Shown here in pieces: positions 28,524 to 41,317 of a DNA stretch of 55,924 nucleotides. The stretch lies in the NCBI GenBank assembly GCA_035461175.1, contig DATHVR010000094.1:1-55924 (forward strand), read 5' to 3'. Each line of letters begins with the position of its first letter. Position 1 is the first letter of the stretch. Below the pieces are notes generated by a model, which had not been told where the DNA came from, did not search any database, and saw nothing but the letters and a program-made list of their open reading frames with translations. A program made the translations under genes and the position numbers. Origin of the DNA: Acidimicrobiia bacterium. GTDB lineage: Bacteria > Actinomycetota > Acidimicrobiia > Spongiisociales > ZC4RG35.

Positions 28524-29303
28524 GTGGCGGTTCCCACCTTCGATCCCACCGCACCGCTCCACCACCGCGGAACCAGCGGGCACGCGGTCGTGTTGCTCCA
28601 TGGCTTCACCGGCCAGCCCGGGCATTGGTTGCCGTTCGCCGAGGACCTCATGGAGCGCGGGCACAGCCTGGTGGCCCCGCTGCTCCCCGGCCACGGTCCG
28701 GGACCCGAGCGCCTGATCGGCCACCGGCTAGACGACTGGGTCGAAACGGCAGTGGAAGCGGCCGGCTCGGTCGCCGACCATGGGCGACTTCATCTGGTCG
28801 GCCTCTCGCTGGGAGGCCTGGTGGCGATTCTGGCTGCCGGACCGACCGGCGCCACCAGCCTCGCCACCGTCAATTCTCCGGTTCTCGTCCGGGATCTGCG
28901 CTTCTATCTGGCACCGGTGGCCCATCGCCTGGTGCCGGAGACTCTCGCCACTCAGACGGAGGTGCCCGATCCGATCCTGGCCCATCTCTGGAGCCCGTGG
29001 GAGACCCAGCCCACCGCCGGCGTCGCCGAGCTGGTGGAGGGAGTCGTCAAGGCACTGTCGGCCGCCGGGCGGCTGCGGCGCCGAGCCCTCGTGGTCCAGT
29101 CCCGGAACGACGAGGTGGTGTACCCGGTCTCGGCCCGCATCCTCGCCGCCCGACTGCGGGCCCGGCTCGTGTGGCTCTCCGACACTCGCCACAATACGCT
29201 TCTCGATCCTTCCCGAAACCGTCTGCACCGGATCTTGCTCCGCCACCTCGAGGCGGGGACACCACCCGTGACGCCCCCGGAGTTCGAAGAGCAACTAGCC
29301 TGA
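28524..29303 (+). CDS. Alpha/beta hydrolase (carboxylesterase-like)
   Basis: LLHGFTG, LPGHG, GLSLGG nucleophile elbow, C-terminal D and H. Confidence 0.88.
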   Translation: MAVPTFDPTAPLHHRGTSGHAVVLLHGFTGQPGHWLPFAEDLMERGHSLVAPLLPGHGPGPERLIGHRLDDWVETAVEAAGSVADHGRLHLVGLSLGGLVAILAAGPTGATSLATVNSPVLVRDLRFYLAPVAHRLVPETLATQTEVPDPILAHLWSPWETQPTAGVAELVEGVVKALSAAGRLRRRALVVQSRNDEVVYPVSARILAARLRARLVWLSDTRHNTLLDPSRNRLHRILLRHLEAGTPPVTPPEFEEQLA

Positions 29304-29312
29304 CGTGCCGAC

Positions 29313-29537
29313 ATGGCCATCGGCAAGAAACGGGCCCACAACCGGCGCAGCCGACGCAAGGCAGCCGCCGACTGCAAACAGGGCAACCATCGCTACGGAT
29401 CCCCGCGCTACATCGGCGGCGGGATGACCCGTCAGACCTGCTCGGTGTGCCGGGCGGTGTCGATCGACATCACCCGGGCCGACGCGCCGGCCGTCCAACC
29501 CTCGACGGATTCCGCCTCGTCCCGCCCCCGCCGGTGA
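29313..29537 (+). CDS. Small basic hypothetical protein with C..H / CxxC
   Basis: 74 aa filling the gap in a co-directional cluster; its stop overlaps the next GTG start. Confidence 0.6.
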   Translation: MAIGKKRAHNRRSRRKAAADCKQGNHRYGSPRYIGGGMTRQTCSVCRAVSIDITRADAPAVQPSTDSASSRPRR

Positions 29538-30418
29538 GCCGCGACACCCCTCCGGACCTCATCCGCGCCGCCGGGGGCATGATCGTCCGCGGCGTGCGTT
29601 TCGAAGAATCCGAGATCGTGGTCGTCCACCGCCCCCGATACGACGATTGGACGCTTCCCAAGGGCAAGGAAGACCCGGGTGAGTCATCGCTCGATTGCGC
29701 CGCCCGCGAGGTCCTCGAGGAGACCGGTCTTCGAGTTCGCGTAGTGGGCCATGCCGGCACCGCCCACTACCGGGCCGATGGGAAGCCCAAGCAGGTCGAG
29801 TACTACCTGATGCGGCCCTATCGCTTCGCCGGATTCGAGCCAAATGCCGAGGTCGACACGGTGCGATGGATTCCCCTCTCGGAGGCAAGATCCATCCTGA
29901 CGTACGACTTCGATCGGGACCTGGTGGCGGAGGTGGACCTGCAGGGCATGCTGGCTTACACCGACCTGCACCTGGTCCGTCACGGCGCCGCCGGGAATCG
30001 CTCGGAGTGGGACGCCCCCGACCACCTGCGCCCCCTCACGGACAAAGGCTTCGCTCAGGCCCGGGCTCTGGCCACAGAACTGGACGGGATCGGGATCACA
30101 CGGATCCTCACCAGCCCCTACGTGCGCTGTGTGCAGACCGTCGAGGCGCTGGCCGACCGGTTGGGAATCGAGGTCGAGACGACCGACGCCCTGGCCGAGG
30201 GTGCCGACCAGCGCCAGATTGCCGACCTGATCGACGAGGTGACCGGCACCAGCACCGTGCTCTCCTCCCACGGCGACGTCATCCCGGCCATGCTCCAGCG
30301 GCTGCAATGGATGGGGGTGGAGTTCCTGTCTCCCTTCGAATGCAAGAAGGGCTCGACCTGGGTGGTCGGCCACGACGGCCTCGGCTTCGACGAAGCGATC
30401 TACCTACGGCCTCCGTGA
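29534..30418 (+). CDS. mutT1: NUDIX hydrolase-histidine phosphatase fusion (MutT1-like)
   Basis: Nudix box GKEDPGESSLDCAAREVLEETG; phosphatase LVRHG, RPLT..G, TSPYVRCVQT, SHGDVIP. Confidence 0.88.
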   Translation: MSRDTPPDLIRAAGGMIVRGVRFEESEIVVVHRPRYDDWTLPKGKEDPGESSLDCAAREVLEETGLRVRVVGHAGTAHYRADGKPKQVEYYLMRPYRFAGFEPNAEVDTVRWIPLSEARSILTYDFDRDLVAEVDLQGMLAYTDLHLVRHGAAGNRSEWDAPDHLRPLTDKGFAQARALATELDGIGITRILTSPYVRCVQTVEALADRLGIEVETTDALAEGADQRQIADLIDEVTGTSTVLSSHGDVIPAMLQRLQWMGVEFLSPFECKKGSTWVVGHDGLGFDEAIYLRPP

Positions 30419-30485
30419 CGGGTCGACCGTCTCGCTAGCCGCCGTATCGGGTGGTGAGTGGTGAGTAGTGGGCCCCAAGAACCCG

Positions 30486-30533
30486 TTTTCGCGACAGAAT
30501 TGCACGCCATGGCGCGCAATTCTGTCGCGAAAA
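30486..30533. repeat. 48-bp palindrome, family B copy 1
   Basis: TTTTCGCGACAGAATTGCACGCCATGGCGCGCAATTCTGTCGCGAAAA, self-complementary except one position; second copy at 55890+. Confidence 0.9.
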
Positions 30534-30674
30534 TCCCATGGGGTTCCCCACGACCCGGAGCGTTCGACGACAGACGACCTGCCGGCGAGAGACAGGCCAG
30601 CGGATGGCCCCAGGGTTCAAGGAGAGGTCCTCACGAGCAGCCGCGGGGGGTTAGAGGGGGGTCGTCCCGGTTGA

Positions 30675-31196
30675 TCATTTCCTGACGGCGGCGGCGGGGA
30701 GGGTGCCGTTGGCGTGGGTGGCGCTCTCCACCGTGACGAAGGCGTCGGGGTTGTGGCCACGGATCAGGGCCATCACCGGTTCCACCTGGCGGCGAGGCAC
30801 CACCGAGAAGGTGATGCGCACCTCTCCGTAGGCACCTTCGCCGTTGACCACGGTGACGGCGTAACCGGCCTCGTGGAGGACGCTGCCGACCGGCGGCGAG
30901 GCGATCGGCGAGACGACCCGAACCAGGCGGCTGCCCAGGCCGATCTGCCGTTCGATTCTCGATCCGAGCATGGTTCCGGCCGCATACCCACCGGCGTAGC
31001 CGACGATCTTCAGCGGCTCGGTCAGATCGGAGAGCACCTGGGCGGCCGCCAGCACCCACACGAGGGATTCGAAGAACGCCGTGGCGCCCGCCAGGCGGGT
31101 GTGGCCCTGCACAACAAACTGGATGCGCAGCGTCCCGAGACTGACGTCGACCAGACGCAGGCAGAAGATCACGAGGGCAGCAAAAAGGAGGTTCAT
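30675..31196 (-). CDS. UPF0316 / DUF2179-DUF5698 family membrane protein
   Basis: IFCLRLVDVSLGTLR, AFFESLVWV, GYAGGYAAGTMLG, GYAVTVVNGEG, PDAFVTVE. Confidence 0.88.
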   Translation of the reverse strand: MNLLFAALVIFCLRLVDVSLGTLRIQFVVQGHTRLAGATAFFESLVWVLAAAQVLSDLTEPLKIVGYAGGYAAGTMLGSRIERQIGLGSRLVRVVSPIASPPVGSVLHEAGYAVTVVNGEGAYGEVRITFSVVPRRQVEPVMALIRGHNPDAFVTVESATHANGTLPAAAVRK

Positions 31197-31415
31197 AGCG
31201 GACCGGGGAAGGGGCAAAGGTCTACACCCAGATTCTACCTGTATGGAACCAGCGGCCCATTAGCGCGCAAAAGAATCCAGGCTACGATCAGGCGGTCGCC
31301 GGTGCGGGGAGACGCTTCCCGAGTTCTCCAGACCCCCTCAGGACGTCTACCCGCCCGGCGGCTCTACAGGGAGGTAGTACCCGGCGGCCGCCGAGTGTTA
31401 CAGGAAATCTCCCGA

Positions 31416-34400
31416 TCACTCCGATGCGAGTCCCAGCGCCTGATCGACCAGGTATGCCTGCTGCTCGCGATGGACCCGGGCCGACCCGGTGGCGGGGCTA
31501 CCAGCCGGCTTTCGCCCGGCATAGACCGGCTCCTGACCGAAGATCTCTCGCAGCTGTGGCCACAGGAATCGGTAGGCACCCATGTTCTCCGGTTCCTCCT
31601 GGCACCACACCAGGGTCGCATCCGTGTATTGCTCGGCCAGGCGTTCCAGTTCCTCGGCCGGAAGCGGATGAAGCTGGGCGAGCCGGACGATGGCGACGTC
31701 GTCGAGTTCCGCCTCCCGGCGCCGGGCATCGAGGTCGTGGTACACCTTGCCGGCACACAGGACCAGCCGGGAGGCGCCCTCCACATCGTCGGGCACCAGG
31801 GCCTCGAATCGACCGGATTCGAGGTCGGCCGCCCTGACAAAAGAAGCGCGGGAGCGAAGCAGGGACTTGGGGGTAAACACGATCAGCGGCTTCTGCGGGC
31901 GCCGCAGAGCCTGGCGCCGGAGCAGGTGGAAGTACTGCCCCGACGTGGCGGGGATCGCCACCCGCAGGTTGTCCCCGGCTGCCAGCTCCAGGAACCGCTC
32001 GATGCGAGCCGACGAATGCTCGGGGCCCTGACCCTCGTATCCGTGGGGCAGCAGCAGGGTGAGCCCGGACGATTGTCCCCATTTGGCCTCGCCGGCGGCG
32101 ATGAACTGGTCGAACACCACCTGGGCTCCATTGGCGAAGTCGCCGTACTGAGCCTCCCACATCACCAGGGCCTCGGGCCACTCGATCGAGTATCCGTACT
32201 CGAACCCGACGGCCGCGAACTCGGACAGGAGCGAGTCGACGATCCGCACCCGTGTCTCCCCGGCCGTCAGGGTCTCCAGCGGCGCCCACACCTCGCCGGT
32301 CCGGTAGTCGGTCAGCTCCGCATGCCGGTGGCTGAAGGTGCCCCGGCGAGAGTCCTCGCCCGCCAGGCGGATGGGGACACCCTCCAGCGCCAGCGAACCG
32401 AAGGCGAGCGCCTCCGCCGTCCCCCAGTCGATGATGTCGTCCTCGAGGGCGGAGCTCCGTTCGGCCACGATCCGCTCCAGCTTGGGATGGACCGTGAACC
32501 CCTCGGGTACGTCGGCGATGTGGTGGAGAACCTGTTCGAGCCGCTCCCGGTCCACGCCGGTGGGGGGATCGCTGTCATCTGCCCCCGCCGCAGCGGCGGC
32601 GGGCACGGTGGTTGGCTCCTTGCTGGTCTTGAAGGCGGCATCGAGCATCTGGCGGTATTCGAAGAGGATGCCGTCGGCCTCGTCCTCCGAGAGGAGGTCG
32701 TTGGCCATGAGCCGATCCAGATACAGCTTCCGCACCGACGGGTGCTCGTCGATCCGCTTGTACATCAGCGGCTGGGTGTAGGAGGGCTCATCGCCCTCGT
32801 TGTGCCCCCGGCGCCGGTAACACACCATGTCGATGACGACGTCCTTGTGGAAGGTCTGACGGAACTCGAAGGCGAGCCGGGCCACCCGGGTCACGGCCTC
32901 GGGGTCGTCGCCATTGACGTGGAAGATGGGAGCCTGAACGGTCTTGGCGACGTCGGTGGCGTAGAAACTTGACCGGGCGTCGAGGGTGGAGGTCGTGAAG
33001 CCGACCTGGTTGTTGACGACCACATGGATCGTGCCGCCGGTGCGATACCCCCGCAACTGGGAGAGGTTGTGGGTCTCGACGACGACTCCCTGGCCGGCAT
33101 AGGCGGCATCACCGTGCATGAGGATCGGCAGCACCCGCCGGTGTCCGTCCGGTCCGACCTTCTCCTGCTTCGCCCGGGCCACTCCCTCCAGAACAGGATC
33201 GACGGCCTCGAGGTGGCTGGGGTTGGCCACCACTTCCACCCCGATGTCGCCCGCCGCCGATTCATATGTCCCGGTCGCTCCGAGGTGGTACTTCACGTCG
33301 TCGGCGCCCCCCTCGACACCCGGAAGGAGGTCGCCGTCGAACTCCCGGAAGATCCGCGGCAGCGGCTTGCCGATGATGTTGGTGAGGACGTTGAGCCGGC
33401 CCCGATGGGCCATACCGATGACCGCCTCCGACATGCCGTCGCCGGTGGCCGCAGTCAGGACGGAGTCGAGCATCGGAATCAGACTCTCACACCCTTCCAG
33501 ACCGAAGCGTTTCTGACCTACGTACTTGGTGTGGAGGAACGTCTCGAACGACTCGGCCTCGTTGAGCTTGCGCAGGATCTGCATCCGCTCCTCTGGCAAC
33601 GCCGGGCTGGGCGTCACCTCGACCCGGTCCTGAATCCAGCGCTTCTGACCCGGCTCCTGGATGTGCATGTACTCGACCCCGACCGTGCGGCAGTAGGCAT
33701 CTCGAAGGAGGGAGAGGATGCTGCCCAGGGTCATGGTTTCCCGTCCCAGGATGCCGCCGGTGGCGAACTCGCGATCGAGGTCCCAAATCGTCAACCCGTA
33801 GGACAGCGGGTTCAGCTCCTCGAACATGCGGGGAGGCTCCATCCGCAGGGGATCGAGGTCGGCGAGGAGATGACCCCGGACGCGGTAGGCATTGATGATG
33901 CGGAAGACGTTGGCCTGCTTGGCGATCCAGTCGTCGCTGCCGATCGGTGGGTTCTCGTCCTTCGCCCAGCGGGCGGGCGTGTAGGGAATCGAGAGCGAAC
34001 GGAAGATCTCGTCGTAGAACTCGTCCTCGCCCAGGAGCAGCTGGTGGATGCGGGCCAGGAACTCCCCCGACTGTGCGCCCTGGATGACGCGATGGTCGTA
34101 GGTGGAGGTGATGCTGATGATCCGGCCGACGCCCTGGCGGGCCAGGTAGGCGGCATCAGCCCCCTGGTACTCGGGCGGATAGGCGATGGCTCCAACTCCC
34201 ACGATCACGCCCTGGTCGGGCATGAGCCGGGGCACCGACTGCACCGTGCCGATCGTCCCCGGGTTGGTGAGGGTGGCAGTCGTCCCGGCGAAGTCGTCGG
34301 GGCTGAGCTTGTTGTTGCGGGTTTTGGCGACCAGGACCTCGTACGCCTCCCAGAAGCCACGGAAGTCCATCTGGTCGGCAGCCTTGACCGCCGGCACCAA

Positions 34401-35048
34401 TAGCACACGGGACCCATCGGGTCGTTCCATGTCGATCGCCAACCCGAGGTTGACGGCGGCGTGACGGATGATGTGGGGGGTCCCGTCGATCTCCCGGAAT
34501 GAGACGTTCATCTCCGGGAACTCACGCATCGCCCGCACCACCGCCCACCCGATCAGATGGGTGAAGCTGACCTTGCCGCCGCCCGGAACCCGCTTGAGCT
34601 GGTTGTTGAGGATCTTGCGGTTCACCTCGAGGAGCTTGGCGGGCATCGTCCGTACTGAGGTGGCGGTGGGGACGGACAGGCTTTCGTCCATCCGGTCGGC
34701 GATCACGCCCAGGATCCCCTTGAGGGCGGCGGCATTCTCGGGCACCGAGGCCGCGTCTGTCTCGGCCGCGCCCTCGCTCCCGCCCTGGCCCTCGCTCCTG
34801 CCCTGGCCCTCGCCCTCGGGCGTCTCGGTCTCGGGGGCGGGAGCTTCCCCCTTCTCATTCTCCCGCCTCGCCGGCGCCGTTGGGGTCTCGGCGGGAGCGC
34901 CACCTCCGCCCTCGACTGCTCCCCCGTTCTCGAAGTACCGGCGCCACGGCTCGCTCACCGAGCGGGGCGAATCGAGGTAGCGCTCGTACATCTCCTCGAT
35001 CAGCCAGTCGTTGCGGCCGGCGGCGGCGATGTCGGGGGTTTCGGGCAT
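31416..35048 (-). CDS. kgd: Multifunctional 2-oxoglutarate dehydrogenase/decarboxylase (E2-like + E1 fusion)
   Basis: NDWLIEEMYERY, TSTYDHRVIQGAQSG, KRFGLEG, GMAHRGRLNVL, HGDAAYAGQG, WEAQYGDFANG, WCQEEPENMG. Confidence 0.96.
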   Translation of the reverse strand: MPETPDIAAAGRNDWLIEEMYERYLDSPRSVSEPWRRYFENGGAVEGGGGAPAETPTAPARRENEKGEAPAPETETPEGEGQGRSEGQGGSEGAAETDAASVPENAAALKGILGVIADRMDESLSVPTATSVRTMPAKLLEVNRKILNNQLKRVPGGGKVSFTHLIGWAVVRAMREFPEMNVSFREIDGTPHIIRHAAVNLGLAIDMERPDGSRVLLVPAVKAADQMDFRGFWEAYEVLVAKTRNNKLSPDDFAGTTATLTNPGTIGTVQSVPRLMPDQGVIVGVGAIAYPPEYQGADAAYLARQGVGRIISITSTYDHRVIQGAQSGEFLARIHQLLLGEDEFYDEIFRSLSIPYTPARWAKDENPPIGSDDWIAKQANVFRIINAYRVRGHLLADLDPLRMEPPRMFEELNPLSYGLTIWDLDREFATGGILGRETMTLGSILSLLRDAYCRTVGVEYMHIQEPGQKRWIQDRVEVTPSPALPEERMQILRKLNEAESFETFLHTKYVGQKRFGLEGCESLIPMLDSVLTAATGDGMSEAVIGMAHRGRLNVLTNIIGKPLPRIFREFDGDLLPGVEGGADDVKYHLGATGTYESAAGDIGVEVVANPSHLEAVDPVLEGVARAKQEKVGPDGHRRVLPILMHGDAAYAGQGVVVETHNLSQLRGYRTGGTIHVVVNNQVGFTTSTLDARSSFYATDVAKTVQAPIFHVNGDDPEAVTRVARLAFEFRQTFHKDVVIDMVCYRRRGHNEGDEPSYTQPLMYKRIDEHPSVRKLYLDRLMANDLLSEDEADGILFEYRQMLDAAFKTSKEPTTVPAAAAAGADDSDPPTGVDRERLEQVLHHIADVPEGFTVHPKLERIVAERSSALEDDIIDWGTAEALAFGSLALEGVPIRLAGEDSRRGTFSHRHAELTDYRTGEVWAPLETLTAGETRVRIVDSLLSEFAAVGFEYGYSIEWPEALVMWEAQYGDFANGAQVVFDQFIAAGEAKWGQSSGLTLLLPHGYEGQGPEHSSARIERFLELAAGDNLRVAIPATSGQYFHLLRRQALRRPQKPLIVFTPKSLLRSRASFVRAADLESGRFEALVPDDVEGASRLVLCAGKVYHDLDARRREAELDDVAIVRLAQLHPLPAEELERLAEQYTDATLVWCQEEPENMGAYRFLWPQLREIFGQEPVYAGRKPAGSPATGSARVHREQQAYLVDQALGLASE

Positions 35049-35084
35049 ACCCCCGGCAGTGTACCGAGGGTCGATTTCCTGACC

Positions 35085-36884
35085 CTAGACGGTCTTGGTG
35101 CCCGAAACCCAGTCGTCGAAGAGGGCGGCGTACACCCCGCCCGCCGCCACCAGCTCGGGGTGAGAGCCGCGCTCGACGAGCCGACCGGCGTCGAACACCA
35201 GCACTTCGTCGGCCGACTCGGCGGTGGCGAGCCGATGGGCGATGGTGACGGAGGTGCGTCCGGCGGTGAGCCGGTCCATCGCCCGTCGCAGCTGAACGTC
35301 GAGGGCGGGATCGACCGCCGAGGTGGCTTCGTCCAGCAGAAGGAGATCGGGAGCCGAGATCCACGCCCTGACCAGGGCGACGAGCTGTCGTTCCCCCGCC
35401 GACAGGTTGCCGCCCCGCTCGCCCACCTCGGTCTCGATGCCCTCGGGGAGGGTGGTGACCCACCCGTCGAGGCCGAGCTCGAGGAACGCCGTCCGCACCT
35501 CCTTTGGCCCCGCACCGGGACATCCGTAACGGACGTTGTCGGCCACCGTGCCCTCGAAGAGGAATCCCTCCTGGGGGACGAAGGCGACCCGCTGGCGCAG
35601 GTGGGTGGAAGCCACCCGGCGCAGGTCGACGCCCCCGATCCGCACCGTCCCCTCGGCCGGGTCGAGCATCCGCACCAGCAGCTTGGCGAAGGTGGTCTTG
35701 CCGGAGCCCGTCTCGCCCACCACCGCCACCCGCCGGCCCGGTGGGATGTCCACCGAGACGTCGCTGAGCACGTCGGGACCGGTGGGGTAACGGAAGCGTA
35801 CGCTGTCGAACTTCACTCCGAGGACGCCACCGGGGAGCGGAACCGGTTCCCTCGGTTCCGTGATCTCGTCGGGGCGGTCCAGGGTTCCCACCACCCGCCG
35901 CAGCCCGGAGGCGGCGTTCTGGGCGAAATCGAGAATTTCCACCAGGCTCTGGACCGGCTCGATGAGGAGGTTGACCAGGAACAAGAAGGCGAGGAGGACT
36001 CCGGCCGTCACCCCTTGCTCGGGCCCGAGGAGGAGACCGGCCACCACCACCCCGGCGGTCAGGGCGGCGGCGAAGATTTCGGCGGTGGAGAAGAGACTGT
36101 TGCCGAAGGCCGCCGTCTTGTATTCGGTCCGGGACCGACGGTCCAGCGCCGCCCTCACTCGCTGCATGGTCGAGGTCTCGATCCCGTAGGCCCGCACCTC
36201 GGGAAGTCCGGTGACGGCCTCTCCCATCACCGCCAGCGAATCGGCCACCACCGCACGCACCCGGTCGTAGTTGCGCTGGAGGATGCGCTGGAACCAGAGC
36301 AGCACCAGGGCATAGATGAGTACCGCCACTACCACCAGCGCCGCCAGACGCCATTCGTAGACGGCCATGGCGGTGACGGCGATCAGGACCTGGGTCATGT
36401 TGACCACGAACACCACTCCGCCCCACTCGGTGAACTCCTGCACCGTGCTGATGTCGGAAGTCACCCGCGAAACCAGGGCACCGCGCCGCTCGGACTGGAC
36501 GTGAAGCATCGAACTCGAGATCAGCTTCGAGAAGACCTTGACGCGCAGATCGGAGAGGCCGGCGGCGGCCTGGCGGGCGAGGCGCACCATTGCCTGACGG
36601 GCCATGAACGCACCCAACACCAGCACCACGACGGCCAGGGCGGCCTTGGTGAAGACGGATCCGACATCGACCACCCCGCCGGAGATGTCGTCATCCACCG
36701 TCTGCTGGATGAGGACCGGCACCAGGACCTGGACCAGCGTGCCGCCGGCGTTCATGAGCAGGATCAGCCACAGTCGATGACCGAGTACCGGCGCCTCGAC
36801 GAAGGCGCGCCGCAGCACCGCCACCGTTGAGGTGTCACCCCCGGGCACGGAGATGGTGTCCCCTGTGATGGTGTCCTCGCTCAT
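35085..36884 (-). CDS. ABC exporter TMD-NBD half transporter
   Basis: N-terminal TMD; GETGSGKT, LSAGERQL (degenerate signature), LLLDEATS, IAHRL. Confidence 0.93.
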   Translation of the reverse strand: MSEDTITGDTISVPGGDTSTVAVLRRAFVEAPVLGHRLWLILLMNAGGTLVQVLVPVLIQQTVDDDISGGVVDVGSVFTKAALAVVVLVLGAFMARQAMVRLARQAAAGLSDLRVKVFSKLISSSMLHVQSERRGALVSRVTSDISTVQEFTEWGGVVFVVNMTQVLIAVTAMAVYEWRLAALVVVAVLIYALVLLWFQRILQRNYDRVRAVVADSLAVMGEAVTGLPEVRAYGIETSTMQRVRAALDRRSRTEYKTAAFGNSLFSTAEIFAAALTAGVVVAGLLLGPEQGVTAGVLLAFLFLVNLLIEPVQSLVEILDFAQNAASGLRRVVGTLDRPDEITEPREPVPLPGGVLGVKFDSVRFRYPTGPDVLSDVSVDIPPGRRVAVVGETGSGKTTFAKLLVRMLDPAEGTVRIGGVDLRRVASTHLRQRVAFVPQEGFLFEGTVADNVRYGCPGAGPKEVRTAFLELGLDGWVTTLPEGIETEVGERGGNLSAGERQLVALVRAWISAPDLLLLDEATSAVDPALDVQLRRAMDRLTAGRTSVTIAHRLATAESADEVLVFDAGRLVERGSHPELVAAGGVYAALFDDWVSGTKTV

Positions 36885-38689
36885 CGTTCGGCCTCCCGCC
36901 GGCGATCGGCGGCGTCCTCCTCGTAGGCCCGAACCAGGCGGGCGTACCCGGGCTGGGAGGCCATCAGCTCCTCGTGGGTTCCCTGGGCCATGACCCGGCC
37001 CTCGTCGACGAAGACCACCTCGTCGGCCAGCCGGATCGATGAGGGCCGGTAGGCGACGAGGACCACGGTCGAGGGAAGGTCGGCGGAGCGGAGACGGCGC
37101 AGGATCTGGGCTTCCACCGAAGGGTCGACCGCCGAGGTGGCGTCGTCCAGGATGAGGAGCCGGGGGCGGCGGATGAGGGCGCGGGCCAGGGCGACCCGCT
37201 GGCGCTGGCCACCCGACAGAGCCGCTCCCCGCTCACCGATCCGGGTGTCGTATCCCTCCGGCAGCTCCCGAATGAACTCGTCGGCGCCGGCGGTCCGGGC
37301 GGCGTCCACCACCGCCTCGGGCCGGAAATCACCCCCCAGGGTGATGTTGCCGGTGACGGTGTCGTCGAAGAGGAACGAACTCTGAGAGACGAAGGCCACC
37401 TCACGGGGGAGCTCGTGGCGGGCGAAACTACGCAGGTCACGGCCGTCGATGCGGATTCGCCCCGAACCGGGGTCCCACAGGCGGGCGAGCAGCAGGGTCA
37501 GGGTCGACTTGCCCGACCCGGTCGGGCCTACCACCGCCACGGTCTTGCCGGCCGGGATGTCGAGCGCCACCCGGTCGAGGACCACCGAGCCGCCCTCGTA
37601 CCCGAAAGTGACTTCCTCGCCCTCGACCGGGGCAGGACCGCTTCCGGCCTCGGCCACCTCTGCCCCGTACTCGACCATCTCCTCGACGTCGAGTACCGCC
37701 TGGACCCGGCGCTGGGCGGGGATGGAGGCGGCCATGTCGAAGAGCACGAAAGCGATCAGTTGGACCGGGAAGGCCAGCAGCCCCAGCAGGTAGAGGGCCG
37801 AGACGACGTCGCCCGGAGTCACGGCGGCGGCGTCGACCCGAAGCGCCCCAACCGCCAACAGGACCAGGCTGGTGGCGGGCATGAGGGCGGTGATGATCAC
37901 CCGGTACGTCTCCCACATGACGTTGACGTGGGTGATCCGATCCCTCAGTTCGTCCGATTCCCCCCGCAGACGGCCGATCTCGTGCTCCTCCCGGCCCAGC
38001 GCCTTGATGGTCAACGCCCCGTCGAAGGACTCGTGCGCCACCCGCGACACCTGCCCGAGCTGATCCTGGATCCCTTCCCAGAACGGATAGACGGTCACCG
38101 CCGCCCGCACCTCGATGATTACGATCGTGCCCAGGCCGACCAGCACCACCACCCCGATCCAGGGGTCGATGAAGAGGGACAGGATCACGGTCCCGATCAG
38201 CAGCAGCGACACCCCGCTGGCGTAGGGGAACGGGGCCAGGACCCCGGTCGCCTGGCGGGCGTCGTTGTCGGCCACCGACAGCAGATCGCCGACCGACTGG
38301 CGGCCGAACCAGGCGAGTTCGAGCCGTAGCTCATGCTCGATGAGGTTCTCCCGAACGTCCTGTTGGGTCTTGAACTGGAGGAAGCCGGCGGAATTGCGGC
38401 GCAGGACGATGGCGGCAGCCTTCCAGACCGCCACCCCCATGATGGCCCCGACCACCGCCGGAAGCTTGCCCCGCAGCGGCTCGCCCTCGGACAGCACAGG
38501 AATGATGGCGGTGTCGGTCACCCACCCGATCACCTGAGAGGCGGCGATGATGGCGCCGGCGTACAGGGCTGCTCCCAGCACGGCGAGCGTGAAGGGCAGC
38601 GGGCGCGCCCGGGCGTAGCCCCCGACCAGGCGGAGGCCCTCGCTCACGACGGCGCGAGCCGACACGGGGGCTGGGGTGGTGGCGACCAT
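36881..38689 (-). CDS. ABC exporter TMD-NBD half transporter (heterodimer partner)
   Basis: GPTGSGKS, LSGGQRQR, LILDDATS (E to D), VAYRP (switch H to Y): non-canonical site typical of heterodimeric exporters. Confidence 0.92.
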   Translation of the reverse strand: MVATTPAPVSARAVVSEGLRLVGGYARARPLPFTLAVLGAALYAGAIIAASQVIGWVTDTAIIPVLSEGEPLRGKLPAVVGAIMGVAVWKAAAIVLRRNSAGFLQFKTQQDVRENLIEHELRLELAWFGRQSVGDLLSVADNDARQATGVLAPFPYASGVSLLLIGTVILSLFIDPWIGVVVLVGLGTIVIIEVRAAVTVYPFWEGIQDQLGQVSRVAHESFDGALTIKALGREEHEIGRLRGESDELRDRITHVNVMWETYRVIITALMPATSLVLLAVGALRVDAAAVTPGDVVSALYLLGLLAFPVQLIAFVLFDMAASIPAQRRVQAVLDVEEMVEYGAEVAEAGSGPAPVEGEEVTFGYEGGSVVLDRVALDIPAGKTVAVVGPTGSGKSTLTLLLARLWDPGSGRIRIDGRDLRSFARHELPREVAFVSQSSFLFDDTVTGNITLGGDFRPEAVVDAARTAGADEFIRELPEGYDTRIGERGAALSGGQRQRVALARALIRRPRLLILDDATSAVDPSVEAQILRRLRSADLPSTVVLVAYRPSSIRLADEVVFVDEGRVMAQGTHEELMASQPGYARLVRAYEEDAADRRREAER

Positions 38690-38808
38690 GCGAGGTGTCA
38701 AGACTATCCGTCCCCTACCCGCCTCGTTGGAGAATTTCCTCGACCTGCACCCCTGGAAGGTGGTGACGCCAGGCGGGTAGGGTCCCCGACATCACATGAG
38801 GAGAGAAG

Positions 38809-41280
<2,472 letters not shown>

Positions 41281-41317
41281 GTCACCTACCACCTAGAACC
41301 TATTAGCTACCGCTCTC

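Noticed and set aside
26165-28651. Long antisense or alternate-frame ORFs (e.g. 291..1775, 13368..15269, 26165..28651, 30714..32972, 35160..36830, 51832..54093)
   Set aside because: They shadow well-supported genes on the other strand; expected in high-GC DNA where stop codons are rare; no motifs or RBS
31197-31415. Possible riboswitch or leader between kgd and the UPF0316 gene
   Set aside because: Only weak GC hairpins and a TAGAAT-like -10 candidate; no recognisable aptamer core
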